Assembly (NCBI RefSeq): GCF_006345805.1 | Contig: NC_043001.1 | Span: 6,944,001-7,008,000 of the forward strand | Source: Octopus sinensis | Taxonomy: Eukaryota | Direction: 5' to 3' | Length of the DNA stretch: 64,000 bases | Part shown: one piece after another, positions 53,308 through 64,000 of the stretch | Layout of the letters: each line of letters opens with the position of its first letter | Position numbering within the stretch: position 1 is the first letter of the stretch | Translations under genes and position numbers: made by a program | Notes under the pieces: generated by a model | The model's database searches: none | Seen by the model: only the letters and a program-made list of their open reading frames with translations | Told to the model about the DNA's origin: nothing

Positions 53308-53619
53308 GGATGTAAAATACTTCCTGATGCGTGAACTATTTTATGTTCCCAAAGTTGGAGAACGCTTGTGCATGAATAAATTATTTTTTCTGAAATACAT
53401 GCATGATAATCTGCAAAGATATAGTGGGCTAAATTGACCAAAGTATTACATAGAGGTACATCGCATACATTTGTATATAAAGAAAATTAAACAGAAATAT
53501 TGTGTTAAGCGAAATGTGCAATATTTTGGTCACCTATCTGCATCATTCATAGAGTTACAGCAAAAACAAAATACCATTAGCTTTCGAAGAACAATGCTAG
53601 GCATGTTTCCCCTAGTTCT

Positions 53620-53900
53620 CTGATCCCACGTTGATATATCCCTTGTCCATCAAAGCGAAGAACGTCTACACTGGAGTTTCCACTTTTTGGTTAATAAACC
53701 ATCGCGAACACAGGAAGTGAGCCATGGAACGGAACAAGTAATGACCCAAGAGAGATATATTTCCGCAATCCTAACATGCAGAAGAAGCGATTACGTAAGG
53801 GCTGGCATCCGCAATCTGTCGCCAAATATTGGCGTTCCGAACATAAAATGATGCTTTGCACCTGGCAGAATTATGAAGAGACATTTTACGGTTGCTTGGG
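53620..53900 (+). mobile_element. Mariner transposase fragment, decayed
   Basis: FRNPNMQKKR..GWHPQSVAK..SEHKMMLCTWQNYE resembles the mariner segment leading to KxMLCVWW. Confidence 0.55.
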
Positions 53901-54366
53901 TCAGTCAAGCCATCGATGTCAAACACTACTCTGACCAGCTGGTGGGTTGTATTTTATTGGCGTCGCTTAACTGAAACATAATCATTGTACACTGAGACGA
54001 CAACGACCTCATACCGCTCGAACATCTCAGGCCAAACGTCAGAAGTATGAGCAAATCGAATTTATGCTACATCTAGTATGTAGTTCGAACCGATCTCCCC
54101 CGGGTTCGTACTGGCTCACATATCCATGGCTGATTTCATTGGCCTGCGATGCTTCATCAACAAAAAAGAGTGGAATATTATGGCCCTTACATTGAAAGTA
54201 AGGGCCATAATATTGTGGTACCTTGACGAATAAAGCAAGTAAGTTACAAGGTTATTGCAAAGAGATTTTGACTGAGCAGAATAGCAAAGAAATATTATTT
54301 GTAAATATCTAATACTTTACCAATGAGGGTCGAGGGGCCTAAACTACGACAAGCATGTGTACTCAC

Positions 54367-54485
54367 TTCGTATACTAGAAACTTTATACTCATATTCAGA
54401 CAAATGTCGCCGATAAGAAATACGACATCACATGTATCTCTTACACGTATTAAAACGTCATTCTTCGGATTACACAATACATTGT
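54367..54485 (-). other. Candidate 119-nt spliced exon (unverified)
   Basis: Pyrimidine-rich tract ending TTTTCATATCAG|ACAATG and ...TACGAA|GTGAGT donor; one open frame (D)NVLCNPKNDVLIRVRDTCDVVFLIGDICLNMSIKFLVYE, phase 1 to 0. Confidence 0.3.
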
Positions 54486-55224
54486 CTGATATGAAAATAT
54501 TACAAGGGTGTAGATTAAAACGAATAGAGAAGGAAACGAAAACGAACGTAGGAAATGGATAAGAAATATCTATGATGGAATTTTTGCTAATACTAAAACA
54601 AGCAAAAACGAAACAATACAACGCAATAGATAAGAATACATAGTTTAACTTATTTTTTTGTATAAGTATTATCAAGTAAATATATATGAAACACAAAAGA
54701 AACCAAATTGTAAAGTTGGATAACGTATTCTTTGCTAATATTTTTCAATTCTTTAGTGTACCGATATTGGTATTCTTCCAAGGTAGATTTATAATTATTT
54801 ATTGTATAAACCTCTATGAAAAAATCAATTTTGCACTAACACACGAAACACAATTAAAGTATCGATGTGTTGTAATGCACAACTTCAAGTTTGATTTTAA
54901 TCATAGATTTTGAAGAAAATCTAGAATCAGATATTGCTCCAGTAGAGTTTGTTTGTGCTGTTTCGAAATTTAAATACACCTAATATTCGAAAAAAAACAT
55001 ATGAATTTTTTAAAACTTACATTATTTGTCATTGCACAGCAGCTAAAATATATTATCTAGGTATATTTCAGTCACCTGTAAGTCACGTCCGGCCAATGAC
55101 GCAACTGTTTTGTCTGATAAGAGTTCCAACTGCGACAAAGGAATGTGATATATTTCTAGACCGCTATTTTGAATTTCCTTATAATATATATGTATATACA
55201 TACATACATATATATATATATATA

Positions 55225-55303
<79 letters not shown>

Positions 55304-55308
55304 ATATG

Positions 55309-55343
<35 letters not shown>

Positions 55344-55570
55344 AAATATACAGATATTTATAAATACACATCTAAAGATCTATATATATGTGTATATGTA
55401 TACATATAAATAAATATATATAGACGTATACACAGATATATTCATATATATATACATATACATACATACATATATATATGTATATATACACACACATATA
55501 TATACTACATATATATACATATATATATATAATATATACACACACACACACATACACACGCACACACACA

Positions 55571-55633
<63 letters not shown>

Positions 55634-56961
55634 TATATATATTACAGATATGAGATTTTGTAAAAATAAATTATTCACCCGCGTTGAAGTGCGTGTTTTA
55701 TTTATGTGCGAGTGTGAGTGTGCGCGAAAGTTTGGACGTATACCTTACATACATACATGCATACACACACATATATACATGGTATTGCTGTTGGATTTCC
55801 TTGATGGGTTCTATAGTAACTCTGTGAAGCAGTCTTCAGTGATACGATTGTAGAGATGGATATGAAGGGACTCTGTTCTGGTTACCATAGACTTCATTTT
55901 TTATATTTATATTCTTGCACTTTTATATATTTATATTTATAGTATTTTAGCTCCATTGCATTATATCTTTAGTCGTCTTTATTATGCCTGAATTTATTCC
56001 ATATATTTTTCTTCATTCGACTTCACTCGTATTAACCTTTTAGGCTTTATCACCTTTTATTCGTGTGTATGTGTATATCTTATACTATTGGTTTTTAGTA
56101 TTGGGTGCCCTATTTTGATAATTTGGGAATGATATAAACTTGCTTTCACCGACCGGAGTGTTGATACATTATACCTTTCAATATATTTCTCCTTTTGCCT
56201 CGGTGTCACCTGAGCACTTCCAGTTGCTCTTCCTGTCTTTAATTTTGTTCTTCGGTTTAACGAATTTATAAAATTATCCTCTTATACACGCATATATAAA
56301 TATACGTACACACACACGCTCACACACATATACATACATAAATATTAATCACAGTAGTTACGAATCGAGGGGATGCGATTATACCGGTGATATCCATTGT
56401 TTGGGTGATATAGAATACGCTTCCGGGTAATTCCAAGCAATCATTCAATTTTCTCGATAGAGTTCATGAAAATGGGAACGAAGCACCTCTCGGTCATTGA
56501 TTCACTCCAATTCTTCTTCTAAATTTTAATTAAAAAATATATATATATGTACGTACGAATTCAATTTTTCCTGTCTGCATACCCAAAGAAAGACACGCAC
56601 GCTTCACACACACGCACGCACACGCACACACACATATACAGAGAGAGAGAGAGAGAGAGAGAGAAAGTGATGGGATGCCCAAGATTCTAGGCACGTCAAC
56701 ACACGGGAGACCACCAATGGCTAAGTACAACACGCTGTTCGCAGTGGGCTACAACAACCATGGACGCATGATGTGTTGCTAGAAAACTCGATTCATCCCG
56801 AACCTAATTTTACTCTGGAGGACCAATTCAGGGCTTGTTCAGGCTGCGGTGTAGATTTAAAAAGAATATACAAAGGTGGTTATGTTAGGGTGTAATTTGT
56901 GATTACGTCAATAAAGTACTACCGAAACAACTGCAGTACATTTTGCAGACATGATTTTTCG

Positions 56962-57014
<53 letters not shown>

Positions 57015-57391
57015 AAAGAGAGAGAGAGAGAGACATACATGCATGCACACCCGAGCAGATACATACACATCCCCATACACACATAGAAACAATCACACAC
57101 ACTCACACATGTATACATATATATATATTATATGTCTAGCTATCTACCTGTCTATATATATGTGTGTATGTATGCGTGCGTGTGCAATTATGTATGTACC
57201 TATAAAAACATACATGTGTATGTGAGGATGTTGACGAAGATACGCATATTATAATACAAGAGGAAAATAATGAGACAATATCATATTGAGAGGCAAATCG
57301 CAGATGAATGAAGTAGTTATGTTTATACGAAAAGATAATGTATACAAACGTGTAGGATATACTTTAGTTAAATGAAACATAATTTTTATGA

Positions 57392-57605
57392 GGCAGCAAG
57401 CTGGCAGATACGATGGTACTCAGGGCGGAATGCCTAGCGGTATTTCGGCTGTCTTTACGTTCAGAGTTCAAATTCCGCCAAGGTCTACTTGGCCTTTCAC
57501 CCTCTCGGGGTCGATAAATTAATTACCAGTTGCGTACTGTGGTCGATCTAATTGACTGGCCCCCTCCCTTAAAACTTCGGGCCTTCTGGTTAGAGCAGAA
57601 ACAAT
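57392..57605 (+). mobile_element. SINE family B monomer
   Basis: GGCAGCAAGCTGGCAGA head, GAGTTCAAATTCC B-box, central domain, AAAACTTCGGGCCTT tail. Confidence 0.85.
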
Positions 57606-57960
57606 ATATTATTTTTATAACGACAGACTGTTTAAATTAGCAGGATATATTAGTGATGATGATGATGATGTGCGATGTTCACGCATCTATTATATCAATA
57701 ATATGGACGTTTCTATTATTTCAAACACTCAAAATTAAAGTAAGTTTTAATAGTTCACATGCAAGACCAAATTTAATGAAAAGGAAGAAAAAAACGTTTA
57801 TTTTGTCTCATTATTGGCAGGAAATTTTCTATATAAATTGTTATGAGAGAGAAGAGCAGTGTAGTTCGCTTTATGCAGTGAAATTCCTAAGCAGAATAAT
57901 AAATCCAGTGATAAATGGTGAAAGATTCTAATAATGCAGGGAAAAAATCAAAAACCTTTA

Positions 57961-58322
57961 AGGATGAAAGGCAAATTCGACCGCTGCGGAATTTGAACTC
58001 AGAAAGTAACAGCAGACGAATTACCTATTTCTTTACTACCCACAAGGGGCTAAACACAGAGAGGACAAACAAGGACAGACAAACGGATTAAGTCGATTAT
58101 ATCGACCCCAGTGTGTAACTGATACTTATTTAATCGACCCCAAAAGGATGAAAGGTAAAGTCGACCTCGGCGGAATTTGAACTCAGAACGCAACGGCAGG
58201 CAAACTACGGCTACGCATTTCGCCCGGCGTGCTATCGTTTCTGCCAGCTCGCCGCCTTAAGCAGACGAATTACCGCTAAGCAGTTCGCCCGGCGTGCTAA
58301 CGTTTCTGCCAGCTCACCGTCT
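57961..58322 (-). mobile_element. SINE family B dimer plus an extra duplicated head fragment
   Basis: Full head ends at 58256; second unit restarts after AAAGAAATAG|GTAATTCG; extra head copy at 58261-58322. Confidence 0.88.
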
Positions 58323-58378
58323 TGGATATATTTGTTTCATGGAAAAATATGAGCAGGAGAAATAATATTGTTAGCATT

Positions 58379-59082
58379 ATAAACCAGGAAAAGTACTGGA
58401 CAATTATCACACCTGGAAAAGTTCTGGACAGGTTATTACTTCTGGTAGAGTACAGAACATGAACATTTTTACTTAAAATTTTGCAGCTAAGGATAAAATT
58501 GCAAATAAAATATTTAGATTTAGAAAACTTTAACTCTTATTAAAACTAAAAATATTATTACAAGTTATTACTTCTATCTGTTACTTCCATTAAATATAAA
58601 AAATAACTAAATTAAAATATATTTTGCACTTGAAAAATAAATAATTTTTAGAATTGTAAATTAAAAACAGGAAATTTGGAAACAAGTTATAAACAAATAA
58701 TAGTAGTACATAATTAATTAGTATAATAAACAGAATATTAAAAAAACTAGTTATATATTATATATTATATATTATAGTAGAATTGGCTTGAGTTACTACC
58801 TAAGTTATTGCCAGGTCTTCAAATTTTCAGACTTGACCCAATGCCTATTTTCGACATAAGAAATGTTCCTACCATATATATACTATACTACTTTGGATGA
58901 AACTTTAGCTATATTGGTACTTCTGGCTCTCATATTTTTACATATCCTTGTATGACAGTACATCTTTAAATTATAATAGCTGCAATACTTTAAGTAAAAA
59001 TGGTTTTCTTCTGTACTGTACCAGATGTAATAACTGAATTTTTCCAAGTGTAGTAATTTACCCTGTACTTTTCCAGGTTTAT
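58379..59082. mobile_element. AT-rich fold-back/MITE-like element with at least 110-bp imperfect inverted arms
   Basis: ATAAACCAGGAAAAGTAC..GGTAGAGTACAGAAC..TTTTACTTAAAATTTTGCAGCTA (58379-~58490) is the inverse of TAGCTGCAATACTTTAAGTAAAAA..CTGTACTGTACC..GTACTTTTCCAGGTTTAT (~58977-59082). Confidence 0.75.
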
Positions 59083-59413
59083 CGTAAGAATATTATATTT
59101 TTACTTCGCATTTTCCCTTGTAATCCATGTTTTTTCCGGGCTATGCTATTATGATAGTTAATAATGTATCAAGGAAAAATTTAAGATTTTTTCCTTATTG
59201 AAAATTGACTTATAGATTAAAAGCCTGTGTTGTGTGTGATGTGTGAGAGAGACAGAAAGGTGTGTGTGTGTGTGTGTGTGCGTGTGTGTGAGGGAAAGAG
59301 AGTGTGGCACTATACATTTTTCATATATTTCCCCTGCATCTTTTCAAGTGTGAGAGTGATTGACTAAGAGAGAGTGAGAGAGAGAGAGAAAGAGAGGGAG
59401 ATGTATGTGTTGT

Positions 59414-59444
<31 letters not shown>

Positions 59445-59936
59445 TGATAGCGTAAATTTAGTTTATTACTTTTTTCGTATCTTTTTAATGTGGGTTTCAC
59501 TGAGAGAGAAAGAGAGGTGTGTTGTCAGAAATAGAGACAAGGTGTATCTTGCTTTGTCTGTATGAGAGAGAGAGAGAAGGAGCGAGTGATAGCGTATTTT
59601 TTTTATTCATTAACTATTTTCGCATCGTTTTTTAGTGAGTGAGTTTGTAAGTGATTGACTGAGAGAGAGAGAGAGAGAGAGGTGTTTTCATGTATGTGTA
59701 AAAGGGATAGGGTAAGTCACACACGCACAGAAACACGTAAATACACCCTATATCCGTTGTATACACGTATATGCTTTGATAAATATACATACATGGTTAT
59801 TATGTGTACGTGCGAGTGAAGGTGTGTATTCTGATGAAACTTTACGCTATCTCTCCCTCACTCTCTCTATGACACACAAACATACACACACACAAACAAA
59901 CACAAACAGCAACACACTCCTTCTTCCTCTCGCTTA

Positions 59937-59967
<31 letters not shown>

Positions 59968-61039
59968 AGTCAATTCACTGACTAAAGATGTGAAAAATAT
60001 AAATAAAAAAATATACGCTGTAACACTCTCACTCATTCTCGCTCTCTCTCACACACACAAAACACACTTTCTGTCACGCACCCTCTATCAACACATATAC
60101 ACATCCATATCCATATTCTTCTCTCTTTCACTTTATGCTGACTTCAAATAAAATGCCCATTTCCACTCGCAAAAATAAGGAAATAATTTTTTTTACAGAA
60201 TTTACTGAACGCCGTAGGGTAACAGCTGAGATGCGCGGACGTGCCTTCGAGTGAAATCGAAATATTATTAAAATGGCTAGGTTATTGCGAAAATTTCACA
60301 ATAATATTTAATGATTTTCATTTTTATGATATAATTGCATTAATTAATACAGATAACGTAATTTAAACTAATTGCAGATTAACGGGTTTCGTTGATAATT
60401 TTTTTCCATATCTCTCTGATGCTGGTGACATATATTAAATGTCGCTTATAGAAACATATTTATAAAAATGTATAAAACTCTATTATCACCCTCAAATTTG
60501 AGAATATTCAGAACATTTTAAAAAACTTCATTCCATGAAATTCATATAAAATTCTCCGAATTCAGCAACTGAACTCTATCGTTTAAGCTTAATTAGAATA
60601 TAGTGTGTTTTAAAATAAAAATGTTAATTATACTTAAATCCAAGTGTTTGCCAACTTTTAAAAAATATTTTACCTCACACCTTTTTTAAACACATTTTGT
60701 TGCATGGGTCGAAAACTCTGTAATCCTTCGTGCTTTCTTCTATCATTGAAGCTTAGATGAATTATATTTTGCTTTTACGATTAAAAGAAGTTACAAATTT
60801 TGATGTAAACTGTTTTCTAATGGACCAAATATAATGTATTTTAATGCTAAAATGTAACTAGGGATCAGCCCCTTCCAAAATGTTAACAGTTTTCTATTTG
60901 GTTAAGAACTGAATTACCGATAAGCTCTGAAAGTTGCCACGTGGGAGTAAATTGCGGCCTTATGAATATCATTCAAATACTACCGTGGTTGGATGGTAAT
61001 AAACCTTTCAACTGGGAGGACAAGGCATCAAATTTGGCG

Positions 61040-61625
61040 GGAGGGATTAAGTCGATTTCATCGATCTCTTTAATCGACACCGAAAAAAATGAGAGGCAAA
61101 GTCTACCTCGGTGAAAGTTGAACTCTGAACGTAGCGTCGGTCGAAATACCTATTTCTCTACTACCCACTAGGGGCTAAATACAGAGAGGACAAACAATGA
61201 CAGACGAACGGACTAAGTCGATCATATCGGTCCCAGTGCGTAACAGCACTTATTTAATCGACCCCGAAAGAATGAAAGGCAAAGTCGACCTCAGTGAAAT
61301 TTGAACCCTGAACGTAGTGTCGGGCGAAACACCACTAAGCATTTCGTGTAGCATACCAATGGTTCTGCGAACACAGTGCCTTAAATATATTTAATTCTTT
61401 ATTGCCCACAAGGGGCTAAACATAGCGGGGACAAACAATTAGAGTCAAAGTGACTAAGTGGATTACATCGACCCCAGTGCGTAACTGGTACTTATTTAAT
61501 CGACCCCGAAAGGATGAAAGGCAAAGTCGACCTCGGAGAAATTTGAACTCTGAACGTAGCGTCGGGCGAAACACCACTGAACATATCGTCTAGCATGCTA
61601 ATGGTTCTGCAAACACAACGCCTTA
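61040..61625 (-). mobile_element. SINE family B array: dimer plus a locally duplicated monomer
   Basis: Three central domains; two heads share private variants and the flank CCTTAAATATATTTA (61379-61393 and 61622-61636). Confidence 0.85.
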
Positions 61626-62661
61626 AATATATTTATAATAATGTCAAGATATAACCAGTCACCCCCCCACTCCCTGCCAAGATGTCACTGACAATACATT
61701 TCTGAAAGACAGTCCATTGTGTATTCTATTGAACTGAGAAATTTAAATGAATTAACGTCGAAACATTGATTGGTGAGTAATAGTTCCTTGGTGTATATCA
61801 TGGTCTGAGAAGTTTTCTGCATCATCAATAATTGTGAAAAATAAATAAACAAATGCTTTACAAAGCTGCTGTTTCTATTTTCTACATATATTTCAGATAC
61901 ACTGACACAAATTTAAACGCTTTTAGGCCTATTCTTTCGTCTGTGGGGAATAATTTTAAATATTTCACGGTAGCTTTCGTTTCTACATATTGTATCTCTC
62001 GTTGTGTGTTTGTATGTGCGTGTATACAGGTGTCTGCGTAAATTATACATTTTATACGTAGATAGATAGATAGATAGATATTAAAACAAAAGTAGGAAGA
62101 AAAAATGAAGCGGAAATAAAAGTACAAATGTAGTTAAATGACGTGGCTGTGTGAAAGAAATTTTGTTTCCCAACCACAAAATTCCAAATTCATTCACACC
62201 AAAGGGAACCTCTGCAAATATAGCGTCCGGCTGAGTGTGTGTGATTGTCTGTGCGCATATGTGTGCATTGACACACGCGCGGACACAAACTCATTCGCAC
62301 ATTCGCATATATATATATATATATATACATGACAAAAACTTATGCATTAAGAAAAGAAACGAACGAAAATATATGAACAACAGACACTCACAATAAATTG
62401 TATATGTTGTAAGACGAGATAGACTGGAAATAGTAAAAGAGGCAACGATTTGCACACTGTTGCTCATCTGTGGGTAAAGGAAAATCCTGAAGAAAACAGT
62501 ATAAGATGGAAGAGAAATACAGAGGTAGGAAATATAAACAGGGTCAGGAAAAATTAGGTGGGACCGGTTCACGGGCTTTTCCTCTCAATGGGTATATATT
62601 TTCCTGCACACACACACACACACACATACCCCCCCCCAACATATATATATATATATATATA

Positions 62662-64000
62662 TACTTTGATACTTTGATACTTTGATAGGTTTCGGCCATT
62701 ATTGGCCCAGGCCATGTCTAACTTAATAGCACCACCTGGTGAAGTCTTTCAAGTCAGAATTTGGCACTATGGCCCACTCAAGTAGAGAGTTATTGTTTAC
62801 AGAGACATATCCGAGTGTAGGGGGTTATCCGGGATTTCTTGAAGGAATCTGTCCAAAGACTTCTTGAACCCTATAGGGTCAGTTTCTGTTTTAATGTGTT
62901 TTGGTGTAATGTTAAAGAGAGCGGGGCCAATTGAGGTGAAATAATTGTGCCGTATTGTTGTTATGAGATGAGAGTGCGATTTTTGTTTTGGGCGGATGGC
63001 ACGGGGCCCAAGCCTTGGATGTACCTTAAAGGTGATGCCAACATCATTTGGGCAATGCTGATGGAATATTTTCCACATCATGCAGATGATGTGCGCGCTC
63101 ACGCGACGTTGGAGACGAATAGAGATAGAGTTTTAGCTTTTCTAGTCGACCCCAATAGTCGAGGCCTGTCATGCCATCTATCTTTTTTGTGATTGCCCTT
63201 TGAGGTGCTTCAACTTTTATGATACCTTGTATTGTGTGGGGAGACCACAGTGGACAACAGTATTCAAGGTGGGTCGGGCAAAAGTGGAGAAGAGAAGGAT
63301 AATGGTGTGGATATCTCTCGACTGGAAAGTTCTGAGAATCCAGGAACACATTCTGCGGGCCATGTCAACTTTGGTGTTTATATGAGTGGCCCAGCTTACG
63401 TTGTTGTCCACAATTACTCCCAAGTCTCTGATGTTGTTGGACGCCGCGAGAGTTTCACCTGAAGGAAGGGAGTATGGGAGTTTCAGGGCATCCTCTTTTC
63501 CAAAGTGGATTAGCTCAAATTTATCCTCGTTCAGCAGCATATTGTTTTTTTCTGCCCATTGGATAACAGCCAGTAGATCTGACTGAAGGCATGTCCGGTC
63601 ACTCGCCTCATTTATGACCTTCTGTAGCTTGGAGTCATCTGCAAAGATTTTTATGTTGCTGTGCTTGATGATGTCATTAATGTCATTAATGTAAATGATG
63701 AAAAGAAGTGGGCCCAGCACAGTGCCTTGCGGAACGCCACTACTGACTTTGGCTGGGCTTGATTTTACCCCTTCAACTACAACATGTTGAGATCTGTCTG
63801 TCAGGAAACACTTAATCCATTTCAGTAACTTTCCAGAGACACCAATTTGGATAGTTTTTTTCAATAGGATCTTGTGATCGACCCTGTCGAAGGCCTTACT
63901 GAAATCAAGGTAGATGACATCGGTGTTGGAGCCCTCTCCCAAAGCTCTCAAAATGTCCTCAAAGTGATGCAGGAGCTGCGTTAGGCAGTCCCTTCCATTA
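62662..64000 (-). mobile_element. CR1/L2-group LINE 3' portion (RT domain, frameshifted), with an 8-bp tandem tail; continues beyond the window
   Basis: DVIYLDFSKAFDRVDH, SGVPQGTVLGPLLFIIYINDI, IFADDSKL, LEYCCPLWSPH, KVEAPQRAITKKI; tail (TACTTTGA)x3 at 62662-62686. Confidence 0.95.

Overview
AT-rich, microsatellite-dense animal genomic DNA, most likely Octopus (inferred from tRNA-derived SINE families recalled from octopus; not database-checked). No recognisable host protein-coding gene. Nearly all ORFs in the supplied track are translated (TA)n, (TCTA)n, (CA)n or trinucleotide microsatellites. The real content is transposon debris: an RLE-type (R4/Dong-like) LINE end, a 5'-truncated RTE-like LINE with an 11-bp TSD, a CR1-like LINE running off the right edge, an APE-endonuclease fragment, several mariner remnants including a fold-back MITE, a non-autonomous Helitron, Penelope-like (GIY-YIG) remnants and many SINEs of at least three families. 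The most interesting signal is a set of short Penelope-like terminal modules next to (TA)n tracts that carry minimal type I hammerhead ribozyme folds. One has a canonical core (40298-40358), one a compensatory U3-A8 core (33209-33248), and five share a non-canonical CUGU(A/C)GA core. Several Penelope-like ends form head-to-head palindromes. Also notable: SINE concatemers that restart at a fixed junction, a degenerate ~145/298-bp repeat rich in TAATTA, and a few unverified candidate exons. Many element boundaries are approximate.
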